A stretch of 63,535 nt of DNA, filler included, from Globobulimina sp. (lineage: Eukaryota), in assembly GCA_003354225.1 (NCBI GenBank). It is 23 parts of 23 records of this genome, joined end to end, with 100 filler letters (N's around TTAATTAATTAA, not from the genome) between each part and the next. Parts side by side here need not be neighbours in the genome. Positions count along the whole stretch, not along the records: positions 52,574 to 55,239 come from PIVH01005458.1; positions 55,340 to 58,005 come from PIVH01005459.1; positions 58,106 to 60,770 come from PIVH01005460.1; positions 60,871 to 63,535 come from PIVH01005461.1; 19 more parts are not named here. One strand, given 5' to 3'. Shown one piece after another: positions 52,574 through 63,535 of this stretch. The translations under genes and the position numbers were made by a program. The notes under the pieces are model-generated. The model had not been told where the DNA came from and made no database searches. It saw only the letters and a list, made by a program, of their open reading frames with translations. Position 1 is the stretch's first letter. Each line of letters opens with the position of its first letter.

Positions 52574-54810
52574 AATGAAATATTATATTACGCATCAATT
52601 CCCCCAACATATTGCTATCCGTTTTAAAAAAATACCATATAACAAACAAACAGTGGAACAAACTATTTTCAAACAACTGCACGCTTTTGACAAAAGTCCG
52701 GCAAATATACTGAAACTATATGACTTTATCAACAAACACCAATATGTAGAAAATGACCCTATACTGCAGCAATCCGTAACAAATAATAAATACCACATAA
52801 AATGGTTTGTTCCTGAAAATAAAAACACAAATGATATCATAAACCATTGGCAAGGGACTAATCATAGTCTCAACTTAAATATACACACATTACACAGAAA
52901 TAATTGGATAAATAATCAGAAGAATAACGCCATATTATCCCTAAATCAAATGTATAAACACGCAATCAATTCGCATAAAACTAATAATGATGAATTAAAA
53001 CGTTTTAAAAACTTCCTGTTAAGTAAAATAATACAGCAACACGTAAACAATGAGCAATTTCCAGATAAAGATATCCCTAATATAATCCTTCGATATCCAT
53101 TCATGCAAATTTACACTCCACACATTGAGCCTTGACATCCACTCAAATCCGAATCAGAAACATAAAAATTGGCTTCCTAAATATAAACGGCAATGCCAAA
53201 ATAAAAATAAATCAAATACACCCATATATGCAGCAGTTAGTGCTCCACCATAAATTAGACATTATCCTCCTCGTTGATACCAGAAGAGTCAGTCGACCCA
53301 ACTGGAACCTGCCTGGATATAAATTGGTTGTCCATAAATCGCCAGTCACCACCAACAACCCCAGGAATGTAGGTGGCATCCTAATATATTATAAAAACAC
53401 ACTAAAAAATAAAATACATCTAATCAAAAAGACAAGAGGCCATAACACTGCCTGGATCTCCATAGACATCACTGACCAGGCAAAACCAACATATATTGCC
53501 ATAAATTACGCCCGCACCTACAAACCCAAAATAAGTAACAGAAGCCACAACTTCTATGACCTCCTGACCAATGATATAAATAATTACAAACCACTCTGTC
53601 ACAGCATGTATGTCCTCGGAGATTTCAATGCGAGAATGGGTTCACTCACAATGGACCATAACACGAATGGGCACTACCGTTATATGAAAAAATGTTAGAC
53701 GACACCAATCTGAAAATTGCCAACCCTCAATTTGCCCCCAAATTCCTGACCTGTCTGGCTAAAGGCACTATGAATGAAGGTGGCTCCATAATTGATTATG
53801 TAATAACTGATAAGTTAAACACAATAAAATCCATGAATGTCGACACGCATCCGGTGTTTACTGACCATAGACCAGTAGTATTCACCCTAAATAACATCAA
53901 ATGTGAAACACATACCATCGACAAACACCTAATCCTAAGGGCCTACAAACCCAATGATGAACTAATAAAAATACATGAACGTATCTTAAGTCGCTCCACA
54001 GTACACCTCGACAAATTTGCTGCCAATATAAATAATGTCGACACTGACCAAGAAAGAGAATACATTTCCCATATAGCGTCCATTTCTGCCACCTACATCC
54101 TGCATCTTGCGACCATAAAAGCCTTCGGATTATCGGATTTCAATGCGGCCAACAGATGGTCCCAAATCACCAGAAAGCAGGTCACCTTAAACATAAAACA
54201 GCGCCTTTTAATAAATACCAATAGCAAAACAGATGAAGGCAGCAAATTAATTAAGGCCGCGGAGAATGAATACCTACAAACTAAACAAAATATGTTGACA
54301 CAAAACACCATAAAATTTAATAACCTGAATAACTGCAACAAATTAAAAACGTTTAAAATGTATAACAAGAAAACAGATTACATACTCGACGAACCCCATC
54401 TCCGCTATAACGACACCATAATGGATAAAAACAAAGCCCTCTCACACTTCTTTTGCAAAATAAATGGACCCATAACAGATCCTGATAATAACCCTAAAAT
54501 TGACGAAATAAATCAGTTCAACGATGAATTGAATAAACACTGTAATAACACCTTAACATTCATACCACACAAACCAGGAGACGATGACCAAAATATGTCC
54601 CCAAATTGCCCCCTTCACACCATTATGAACGCTGACAATAATCCCAATATACATTATGACTCAGACAATGATCCAATCACTGTCCCACACTATGACCCGA
54701 ACTATGTACCACCTACGCAACCATTGATGGACGAACTATATAATCTTGAACATAATAATGATTCCTCAGACAGTGATGATGATGTTTTAATAGATATGAA
54801 GCAACAACCT
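52574..54810 (+). mobile_element. Second APE-endonuclease (LINE-like) element fragment, homologous to 41510-43311, two frameshifts
   Basis: IGFLNI, DIILLVDT, VGGILIY, VLGDFNARMG, SIIDYVI, DHRPV, LATIKAFGL, DEP, ITDP. Confidence 0.8.
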
Positions 54811-55239
54811 CCTTATTTCCTTTTTGCATTATCAACTTTTTCTCTATTAACGGGCTGTGAAGAAGATAGCAATACAAAAACGGGCGTGTTTATTGATAGC
54901 CCTGTCGCCAATATAGCCTATAGTACGCAGTCTAAAGGCGGATACACAGATGTGAATGGGAAATTCAAATATGAAGAAGGCCAAAAAATAGTTTTTAGTA
55001 TTGGTGGTATAGAGCTTCCACAAGTTCAAGCTGAAAGCGTTATTACTGTGTTGGACCTTCTGGGAACTGGTAATGTTAAAAATACAGCTATATTAAATAT
55101 TGCAAGGCTGCTTCAAACACTTGATGTAGATGGCGACCCAGACAACGGTATCGAAATTTCAGACCAGGCTCATTCATCTGCTACAGGTATGTCAGTTTCT
55201 TTCGAAAGTGAAAGATTTGATGATGATGTTGTAAATCTG
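54811..55239 (+). CDS. Bacterial-type lipoprotein N-terminus joined in frame to the element
   Basis: Hydrophobic stretch + lipobox LTGC, TGVFIDSPV, YTDVNGKFKY, FSIGGIEL, NIARLLQTLDVDGDPDNGIEI. Confidence 0.7.
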
Positions 55240-55339
55240 NNNNNNNNNNNNNNNNNNNNNNNNNNNNNNNNNNNNNNNNNNNNTTAATTAATTAANNNNN
55301 NNNNNNNNNNNNNNNNNNNNNNNNNNNNNNNNNNNNNNN

Positions 55340-58005
55340 ACACAAACAGAACCACAAACAACTGAAGCTGGCTCACTTCCAACTGCGCTAAAAACGGTAA
55401 CCGATACAGCAACAACCGGAACAGAGCTAAGATACAAAACAAATGAATATAATGATGTACCATTGGAACCATTTGAGGTTCTTACCACAGATATCTCATT
55501 TCGTACTAAATTTAAATTATTATTCTGGAAGAATTTTACCATTCAATGTGTCCGATACCCAAAAGGATTATGTCTTACCTATGGCATACCTTTCGTAGTT
55601 ATGCTAATCTTAGTCTGTCTGAGCACAATTGAAGGATTACAAGAATCGCATGGTGATGCATATGGGGTTGAATATGATTATATTGTATCAAATACTGGCG
55701 ATGCCGCTGATTTTACAGTGAATTACCCAATCAAGAAAGAAATGCCATGGCCTGATACTGCAATCGCACATAAATGGATGAAATATTTTATTTGTGTAAG
55801 AAATCCGTTTTATCCAACACAATATGATAAGCACCTACCTGGTTATTTAGCTATTGTACATCCTGATATTACAGCAAATTTGTCATCAAATTCTACTATT
55901 GATCAATTGTTACGTTTAATGCAGAATAAATATGGCGATTCGTCTAAATATGAAGCAGAGTTTTATAACAACTCGTTAGGAGAAGGTACGTGGTACAGTC
56001 AGGCACAGAAAACAAGTCCAAATGAGTATGATGTGGTTTCCTCTACAAATGATTTTGAATATGAACGGTGTTGGAGGGATGCAAATGTTACATCCTTTCT
56101 TAATTTCACTCAAGGCTCATTGTTGAAGTTTTTCAAAACTGAACTAGAATTGGAAGAATATGTCAAAGATATTAAATATTCAGCTCCAGGATTTACGTTT
56201 GAGAATGACAACCCTAATGCAACCAGACCAGGTAAGCTATTGTAGCTCGTACAAGTTTATTATGTATGCAGTTTTGTCAATATATATATAGTTGGTGCTG
56301 CGATTGTATTTAATGATTTGGGTAATAATAATGGATTAAAATGGAATTATACGCTTAGAATTAATAGCTCAACAATGCCACCTACTACTACTCCATTGAA
56401 TATATTTGAAAGGAATTACAATATATTGTACACTCTGGGAATGTATTATTATATCGAATATACTGCAGTCATACAATTACAAACATGGATCGATGAAGCT
56501 ATTATCGAATATATGATACGGTATGGAAACTTTACCAAGAATGGAAGTTCGACCTCGACGGCGGATCCAAGTGTTAAACAGGATTTGTTGGATAAATTTT
56601 ATTCGTTTACAGCTTCGTACAGCAAAGGTTTGTATGCGTTTTTTTATGCTTTTGTATGTTTGTATTACAAATCTGAAAAAAATGTTTGTATTTGCAGGTG
56701 CTTTTATGTTTCCAACCTACGGTTATGTGCAGGATACATATTGGACATTTATTGGAATTATTTTTGGCTTTTTCTTGTTTATAATGTTCGCTTATCCAAT
56801 CACTGAGATATTGACAATTTTAGTGGATGAAAAAGCTAAGAAAATTAAAGAACAGTTAAAAATGATGGGCGCCACAACCACAACATATTGGTTAAGTTGG
56901 TATTGTTGGTTTGTTATACATTTTAGCGGCATTACTCTTGTTATTACCATCATGGGTACGGCTGGAAACGTGTTTCGATATTCTAGTTTTGGTGTAATCT
57001 TTTTGTGGTTTTGGCTCTTTTGTTTGTCGACGGGAATGATGTGTTGTTGGCTGTCGTGTTGCTTCGATAATCCTAAAACCGCATCATTGGTTGGAGTTGT
57101 ATTATTTTTAATCTTTTTATCTGTTGGCAATCTAGCAACCAATTTAAGTGATGGCGGAAAACATGGTGTTTGCCTAATTGCACCGGCATGTTTTACGTTG
57201 TCTATCCAGAATATAATCCAATATGAATCTGGACAGATTGGTATTAATTGGGCCAATATTAATGACGAATACAATGGTTTTGCATTTAGTTCCTGTTTAT
57301 ATATGATGGCTATTGATATATTTATTTATATGATATTGAATATATATTTTGATCAAGTATTCCCTTCAAACTATGGTCAGAAACAAGTGCCATGGTTCTT
57401 TTTATTACCAGATTACTGGAGAGAAAAATGTAGTTTTTGTTGTGGCGGAAGAAGTGATATAATTGTTCAAGAAAAGAATACAATTCGACGAACAGTAACT
57501 TCCGTATTAGATTTTGGTGCTCAGTATCAACATTTTGTGGAAGATGGAGATGAAGCTCAATTAATTACAATCCGCCAATTGACAAAAACATTTAAACATG
57601 GAATCTTTGGAATGTGTTCAAGAAAATACAAAGATGTGTGTGCAGTGCAAGGAATATCGTTGGATGTTTATAAGGGCGAAGTGTTTTGTTTGCTCGGTCA
57701 TAACGGAGCAGGCAAATCGACCACTATTAATATGATGACTGGTCTTTTACCCATCACCTCTGGGCATGCCTGGGTGTTGAATCATGACATTAAGGATGCA
57801 GTTGAAATGGATGAGGTGCGTAAACATTTAGGTGTATGTCCCCAACATGATGTGTTATGGGATCGCATGAGTACGGAGGAGCATTTATGGTTCTTTGCGA
57901 GATTGAAAGGTGTACCAAAAGATAGAGCAGAAACAGAAGTTGATATAATGCTTAAAAAAACACATTTAGATCGTGACCATAATAAAGATAAGTTTCCAAC
58001 AGAAA
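55340..58005 (+). CDS. ABCA: ABC transporter subfamily A, N-terminal half, introns near 56232-56291 and 56628-56698
   Basis: LLFWKNF, EKAKKIKEQLKMMG, YGQKQVPWF, LLGHNGAGKSTT, LGVCPQHDVLW. Confidence 0.95.
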
Positions 58006-58568
58006 NNNNNNNNNNNNNNNNNNNNNNNNNNNNNNNNNNNNNNNNNNNNTTAATTAATTAANNNNNNNNNNNNNNNNNNNNNNNNNNNNNNNNNNNNNNN
58101 NNNNNGGGCAGATTTTTCATCCAAGTAAAAGTTTAACTGATTTGCAAATGGATTTTTATGCAATTAAAAGAGAGTTGTCTTATAAATATTTGTGTGCCGA
58201 TGAAAAAAATAAAAATAAATACAATCGAGAATTTATTGATATTATTGAAAGAATAATTTATTTGTCAACTCCAAACCAACAAGAAAATTTATTGAAATCC
58301 GTTCGGAATTTAGCATTTCCATCCGTTGTTTGTTAATTTTTTTAATGTTTTTTGTACACTGTTTAATTATATTGTTTTTCTCCGCATTGTTTTATATATT
58401 CGTATTGTATTAAACAAAATTAATAAATAATAATGTGACAAAGATTATGGGTTATATCCGAACAGTCAGTCAGCGATTTTTAGAAAATGCAATCATTTGA
58501 ATTAGCTTATCCTTGCACTCACCACTCGGTGCTAGTAAGTCAAATATGAATCACATGGAACAAAGAGG

Positions 58569-59824
58569 TCATTGAATAACATTCTTAGAATGAATGCCTT
58601 GCGTCACCCACAATTTAACCAAAGCTTGCATGATATTGGTCTCCACCTCCTGGCAATATTCATTCATCTGCGCAGTCAACGTCACAGATTCGAACCTTTC
58701 CGGCTCTTCCTCCGCAGGAAACATTTTCGCCGTTTCCGGCATTGGCCTTGGTTTCTGTCCACGCGATCTCAATTTCTTATTTTCCTCATTGAACTTCGTA
58801 ATGAAGGCCTCCCTTTTATTCTTATTCTTCAATGACTTGCCATAATAACTCCGAAACTGCTGCGTCTGCTCTGCATAGTCGTCAATGGACGCACTCAATT
58901 GCTGCAAGTTGGTTTGTAGCGAGCGTTCGTGCGAATGATGCAACCTCGCAAAGCCCCCATTGCCTCGAAATGATTTTAACTGCGCAATTTCATACAAAAA
59001 CGCATGCACCAAATGCGAATTATGAATCTTCACATCCAGCTCTTGAAAAATGTCCATGTCGTCTTGTTGCGCGATGTGAGAAGCTCCAAAGCTTTGCAGC
59101 GCATAAAATTTCATAAACGAGTCCCTTAATCGAAAGGCCCGCACAACTAAGCGGCCACGGATAGACGCGTTCGGGTCATAGATGATGCAGACAGAGGTCG
59201 ACGACTCTCGCTGATGTCTGAACAATGCGTCGATGGTCTGGGCGCTCAGAAAGGCGCCGTTTAGCGCCGAACGATAGAATCCAATGGTTAGGTTATCTTC
59301 GCGTATTCTGCTCATCAAACGGATCATGTCTCGGGCATAGCCGTCTGCTTTTTTATGCGCTTTGGCTTTGGCTTTGTCATTGATTTCATCCGAATCCGGC
59401 TAATTATGTCATTTATATATTTCACAATTAAAGTCATCAAATTTGCATTTTATTTATTTGTTTATTTAACTGCGAATGGTGTGTTAGGCTCAGGGAAACA
59501 ATTTGTGATTTCGACGGTATTTTTGCCAGTTGGCAAACCCAATAATTTGCCGCTTACCGCTTGGCGTTGGGATAGATATTCCCCGCAATGCTTGATTATT
59601 TTCAATAGGACTAAGCCTTCAATTTGCACTCCGGTTATTTTGCGAATCACTCGCTTTAACAGTGGCCGTTTGCCTTTTTGTAGTGGTCTTCGTGTTTGTG
59701 TTTGTGGCTTTTTTTGGTTGTTTGGTTTTTGTGGTGGTTGTTGTTGTTGTGGTGGTTGTTTTGGCGGCGGCCGGCTTTGTGGATTGTTTTTGTTTTGTTC
59801 GGGGCGGCGAAAAGGTTGTGCCAT
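58569..59824 (-). CDS. EIF3H: Eukaryotic translation initiation factor 3 subunit H, intron near 59400-59470
   Basis: VQIEGLVLLKIIKHC, GKLLGL, VEITNCFP, IIYDP, RAFRL, IHNSHLV. Confidence 0.92.
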
Positions 59825-59943
59825 GCGGATTTAATACGTATCAGACTTAGTAAGTTTTTTGCAACAAACATCAACATCCTCAGTAAAAAGAAAGAATCCT
59901 TGAGTACAAACCAACAAACACATTGAAAAAAGCAAACTCAAGC

Positions 59944-60770
59944 ATGAGAATATTTTGTCTTTTAGCATTGCTTTTATACGCAGTGGATGCTCAGCAGTAT
60001 GTGCTCTGATCCATTGTCTCTCCATTTAGTAAATAAACATCCCAAAACCTACAAATCCCAAAAAAAACATATAAAGAGTATGCTCAGATTTTGGAAACGC
60101 CGTAGATTGTTCTACGTCGCCAACGGCGGCCTGTGCCTGGATTGGAGGCCTCGATGGAGACTGTCGTTGCGCCTCCGAGGTGAAATTAGATATCTTATTT
60201 GGTGTAGATGCATCCGGTTCCATTGGTAACGACAATTTTGAAATCCAGCGCCAATTCCTGCATGATTTAGTGGCGCGCGGTGTGGCCAACGAATCGCGTG
60301 TAGGCTTTCTCCCCTTCAGCACCAATGTGTACACCGTAGATCGCTCTGCGCAGACCACAGTAAACTACTATCGAACTAAAGCCATGTTGGGCCAGCTCCC
60401 CATCGATTTTTGGGATGAAGACGAGTTGTTTATGTATGTGGAGAATTTATATTGGCTCCGGCAATGGACCAATACGCCGCAATTAATCATCGAAGGACTC
60501 AAACTATTTGATGCTTTGCCTGACAAAGCTGGCCGGCAGTCCGTGTTCATCATCCTTACCGACGGCAATCCGTGTTTAGAGGGTGCCTGCGGAGCGGACG
60601 TCCCCGTCTGTCAATTGGCGCCAGACTTAAAAAATGCAGGTAACACATATATATACATATAATTGTACGCAATTTCGCACTGCGCTCATTCGCACCTCGC
60701 ACTGCTCACTACTCACAGGTATCCGGGTCATGATCATCGCGGTGGGCACAAATATCAAAAAGGGTTTGCT
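59944..60770 (+). CDS. Secreted von Willebrand factor A domain protein, multi-exon, truncated
   Basis: Signal MRIFCLLALLL; LDILFGVDASGSIG (MIDAS), TNT, IILTDGNP, IRVMIIAVG. Confidence 0.88.
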
Positions 60771-60870
60771 NNNNNNNNNNNNNNNNNNNNNNNNNNNNNN
60801 NNNNNNNNNNNNNNTTAATTAATTAANNNNNNNNNNNNNNNNNNNNNNNNNNNNNNNNNNNNNNNNNNNN

Positions 60871-61352
60871 CCGAATCGCAATACTTGATAATATCGGCCA
60901 TAAATCTGTCTTCGCTTCGAAATAAAATAGACATCGCTCGCCATTGTCATTTACATCTTCATTCGCGCCAATTGCTGGATATCGATCGAGGCGATAAGCC
61001 TCCCATTCCCGTTGCAATTGCATTTGATCTCTAATATTATGCCCCCACGGAATATATTTCGTCGCCTCCTTAATCTCCGCCGGTTTCACTGTATTGATAT
61101 CGATATTGAACCACCGGGCGCAGCTAAAAAATTGCATCGTTGGATGCGAATCTCTAAATGCCCGACAATAATATGTATGCAGCGACCATCTCAATTTATT
61201 AAATTCCCGCACCAACAGATCCTTCCGCGATACTGCCGCCAAATCATCGAATACAATCCTTGTCGCGTAATGATCCATAATATGTTGTAAATAATCATAA
61301 GCCAAATGCGACCCAATTCGTCGCCCCTCAAACCATAAAATCCCCTTTTTGT
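60871..61352 (-). mobile_element. Possible hAT-family transposase-derived fragment (approaching the C-terminal dimerisation domain)
   Basis: REWEAY..CLFYFEAKTDLWPILSSIAIR resembles hAT L.[FW]W..[WF]P.L..IA; cut before SERxFS. Confidence 0.45.
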
Positions 61353-61373
61353 TTGTGTGTGTTTTGTGTGTGT

Positions 61374-61485
61374 TTTCAGTTTGAAACTGAATATTTGTTA
61401 TTTGCAAATTCAGATTCAAACTAAAATGCGTATTGCAAAATCAGTTTGAATCCGTAAAATTTATATAAATAGTTTGAAACTGAAA
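61374..61485. repeat. Further copies of the TTTCAGTTTGAAACTGAAA palindrome
   Basis: Copies near 61374, 61408, 61441 and 61470. Confidence 0.75.
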
Positions 61486-61558
61486 GGGGGCGGCTTCGAA
61501 AATGAAAAGCAATGAATCACAGGTAAATTCGTAGTTGCAATGAAAAGAAATGTAAAAA

Positions 61559-63184
61559 GTGGGGTCATTCTCTTGCACTCAGTTAATCAGTGAAGCTTTT
61601 CCAACTCTAAACATGTTTAATGGCAGTGACAGTTATCTAGTTGTAATTGGGCATAATGAGTATGGTGAATTAGGTTTAAATCATACAGACGATGTCCACC
61701 GACTAAATTGCGTGGAAAATAAAATGAAAATGAAAAGTATTAACACTGGCTATCGATTCACAATTTACTGTGATGAAAGTAACAATTATTTTGCATGCGG
61801 TTGCAATGAAAATGGTGAATGTGGCCTTGATAAACAGGATGAAAAAATCACACAATTGACACAAATTGATTATTTTAAACAAAACAATATGAAAATTACA
61901 AAAGTATTCAGCAATCCGCGGGGCTCTGCAATATTTTGGCTGTCAGATAACAACAAATTATATGGCAATGGCTCTAATTATATGTCTAAATTGGGCATAA
62001 AGACGGAAAATAGAAATTATTTTCAACCACATTTCGTGAAACAAATCCCTCGAAATCTAGACGTTATTTCGGTGCAAACAGCGTTTGGTTACAGTCTTAT
62101 TTTATGTCACGAATCGAATATTGGTTTGATTGTAGCGGGTTGGTTAAGAAATAATTTATTAATCACAATACCAAAAGACATTTCTATTGTAATTACAATG
62201 TTTTATGGTATAATATCCACAGTGTATGCCACAAGAAAAAGTGGTGATGGTGGCAATGGATTGGGAAGTGCCATAATTCCAATTTGGAAGAAAAACGTTG
62301 CTGAAACGTATTGGAAAAAGATAGAAACACTAAAAAATAAACAGATTGTCACAATAAAAACGGGTTCCGCACACTCACTATTTTTGGATATTTTTGGTAG
62401 AGTTTATTGTTGTGGCTGGAACAGATTCGGTCAGCTTGGTTTGGCTCACACGAGAACTCAGACTGTACCTCAACGAATTGAATACTTTGTAGAGAATAAA
62501 ATAAATATTGTTGACATTGCATGTGGTTCACGCCATAATTTAGCGATTGATGACAAATATAATTTATATTCATGGGGCAATAACATAGCAAAGCAATGCG
62601 ATCCCTGTTCGAATGACCGGTTTTTTTCAATTCCGATGTTTGTGGAAAGGTTTAGGAATTTAAAAATAAAAAGTATTCAATGCGGTGCCTGGCATTCGTG
62701 TGTTGTTACAAATGATAATGAATATTTTCTGTTTGGTTCTGATGAGAAAAATATGTGCGGCAAATCAGAGGATGATACGGATGGCGTTTCTTCAATAAAT
62801 GATAAAATCTGTAAGTTGTTGGATGATAAGGAAGCTCAAATTGTGGATATTTATTTAGGATGGAATAATACGCATATTATTGCAAATAAATCGCATAAAA
62901 GCATTTTAAAGCAAACGCGCCAACAAATTGAATGTAAAATGGATGAAAGTAATAATAGTGAAACCATAATGGAATATGAAGCAAATGATTATGATCAAGT
63001 AATACCAGATAAGAACAATGGCACAGAAGGAATAACGTTAATGGGATCAGTCACAGATTTAAATGAAAAAGTTGCTTTTAATAATTGTGATGAAGAGAAC
63101 GAGTGCAATATGAATACGAATGGAGGCGAATCATTATTAGGATACACTGATTTTACTTTGATTAAAAATGTAAAACCTGAATGA
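61559..63184 (+). CDS. RCC1-repeat protein
   Basis: GHNEYGELGL, GCNENGECGL, GSAHSLFL..GWNRFGQLGL, IACGSRHNLA, CGAWHS. Confidence 0.92.
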   Translation: MGSFSCTQLISEAFPTLNMFNGSDSYLVVIGHNEYGELGLNHTDDVHRLNCVENKMKMKSINTGYRFTIYCDESNNYFACGCNENGECGLDKQDEKITQLTQIDYFKQNNMKITKVFSNPRGSAIFWLSDNNKLYGNGSNYMSKLGIKTENRNYFQPHFVKQIPRNLDVISVQTAFGYSLILCHESNIGLIVAGWLRNNLLITIPKDISIVITMFYGIISTVYATRKSGDGGNGLGSAIIPIWKKNVAETYWKKIETLKNKQIVTIKTGSAHSLFLDIFGRVYCCGWNRFGQLGLAHTRTQTVPQRIEYFVENKINIVDIACGSRHNLAIDDKYNLYSWGNNIAKQCDPCSNDRFFSIPMFVERFRNLKIKSIQCGAWHSCVVTNDNEYFLFGSDEKNMCGKSEDDTDGVSSINDKICKLLDDKEAQIVDIYLGWNNTHIIANKSHKSILKQTRQQIECKMDESNNSETIMEYEANDYDQVIPDKNNGTEGITLMGSVTDLNEKVAFNNCDEENECNMNTNGGESLLGYTDFTLIKNVKPE

Positions 63185-63342
63185 GTCGTGTTTTAATAGC
63201 AAACTTGTCCTTTATTACTATTTTTGAAACGGTGTGGTATTTTTTTTCTGCAAATAATGCAAATTTACCAGTTTTCCTAAAACCTGGAATTTCCGAAAAT
63301 TTCAAAAATGAGCAATTTTATTAAAATGACAAAATAGTCGTT

Positions 63343-63360
63343 TCTCTCTCTCTCTCTCTC
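63343..63360. repeat. (TC)n microsatellite
   Basis: About 9 TC units. Confidence 0.8.
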
Positions 63361-63535
63361 GCTTGTGTAATGATCTATAGACGAGCCCAATGTTTGTTAT
63401 AAAGTTTATAAAATGTTTTTATTGTTTAAACTAAAATCTTACCTTACCTAAACTCTGACTTTCTAACAACGCCTATAAACGAAATTATAATTGGAGGGTG
63501 TGACCTACTATTTGTAGAGAATTACTTTTCTTTCA

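Noticed and set aside
10560-53700. Recurrent single-base frameshifts (near 10565, 17450, 25411, 53690) as programmed frameshifting
   Set aside because: All fall in A runs with no shared stop or stimulatory motif; homopolymer sequencing error is simpler
2669-60870. Regularly spaced TTAATTAATTAA repeat and ORFs ending in X..LIN
   Set aside because: These are artificial linkers, not CRISPR or biology; gene order across them is meaningless
1-63535. Alternative genetic code, tRNA/rRNA genes, telomeric repeats
   Set aside because: Conserved genes read with the standard code once introns are allowed; I recognised no RNA genes or telomere arrays by eye

Overview
This window is not one locus. It is 23 unrelated contigs of about 2.67 kb, in decreasing length order, joined by artificial 100-nt linkers (N44-TTAATTAATTAA-N44), so adjacency across linkers means nothing. 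The DNA is AT-rich and eukaryotic, with short GT-AG introns and the standard code. The gene families suggest a foraminiferan/rhizarian protist, which is my inference. Recognisable genes are V-ATPase subunit a, a GH3 glycosidase, 5'-nucleotidase, an aquaporin, two desaturases, CK2 alpha, PEBP, an MpaB-like oxygenase, PH, DUF676, a kinase, a DH-PH-FYVE RhoGEF, a CNBD channel, a GNAT, ABCA, eIF3h, vWA and RCC1 proteins. Mobile elements are a DIRS/Ngaro-like tyrosine-recombinase retrotransposon, two related APE-endonuclease elements and a hAT-like fragment. The most interesting observations are: (1) the YR retroelement has an HIDD RT motif and a candidate 108-nt intron that would fuse RT-RNaseH and YR in frame; (2) a 19-bp palindrome, TTTCAGTTT(G/C)AAACTGAAA, recurs in the introns of one gene and appears again on a second contig; (3) a partial GGDEF domain sits in host-like DNA; (4) the GH3 gene has an internal segment inverted between TGTACA sites. 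Several chimeric joins and homopolymer frameshifts point to amplification or sequencing artefacts, so structural oddities need read-level checks.
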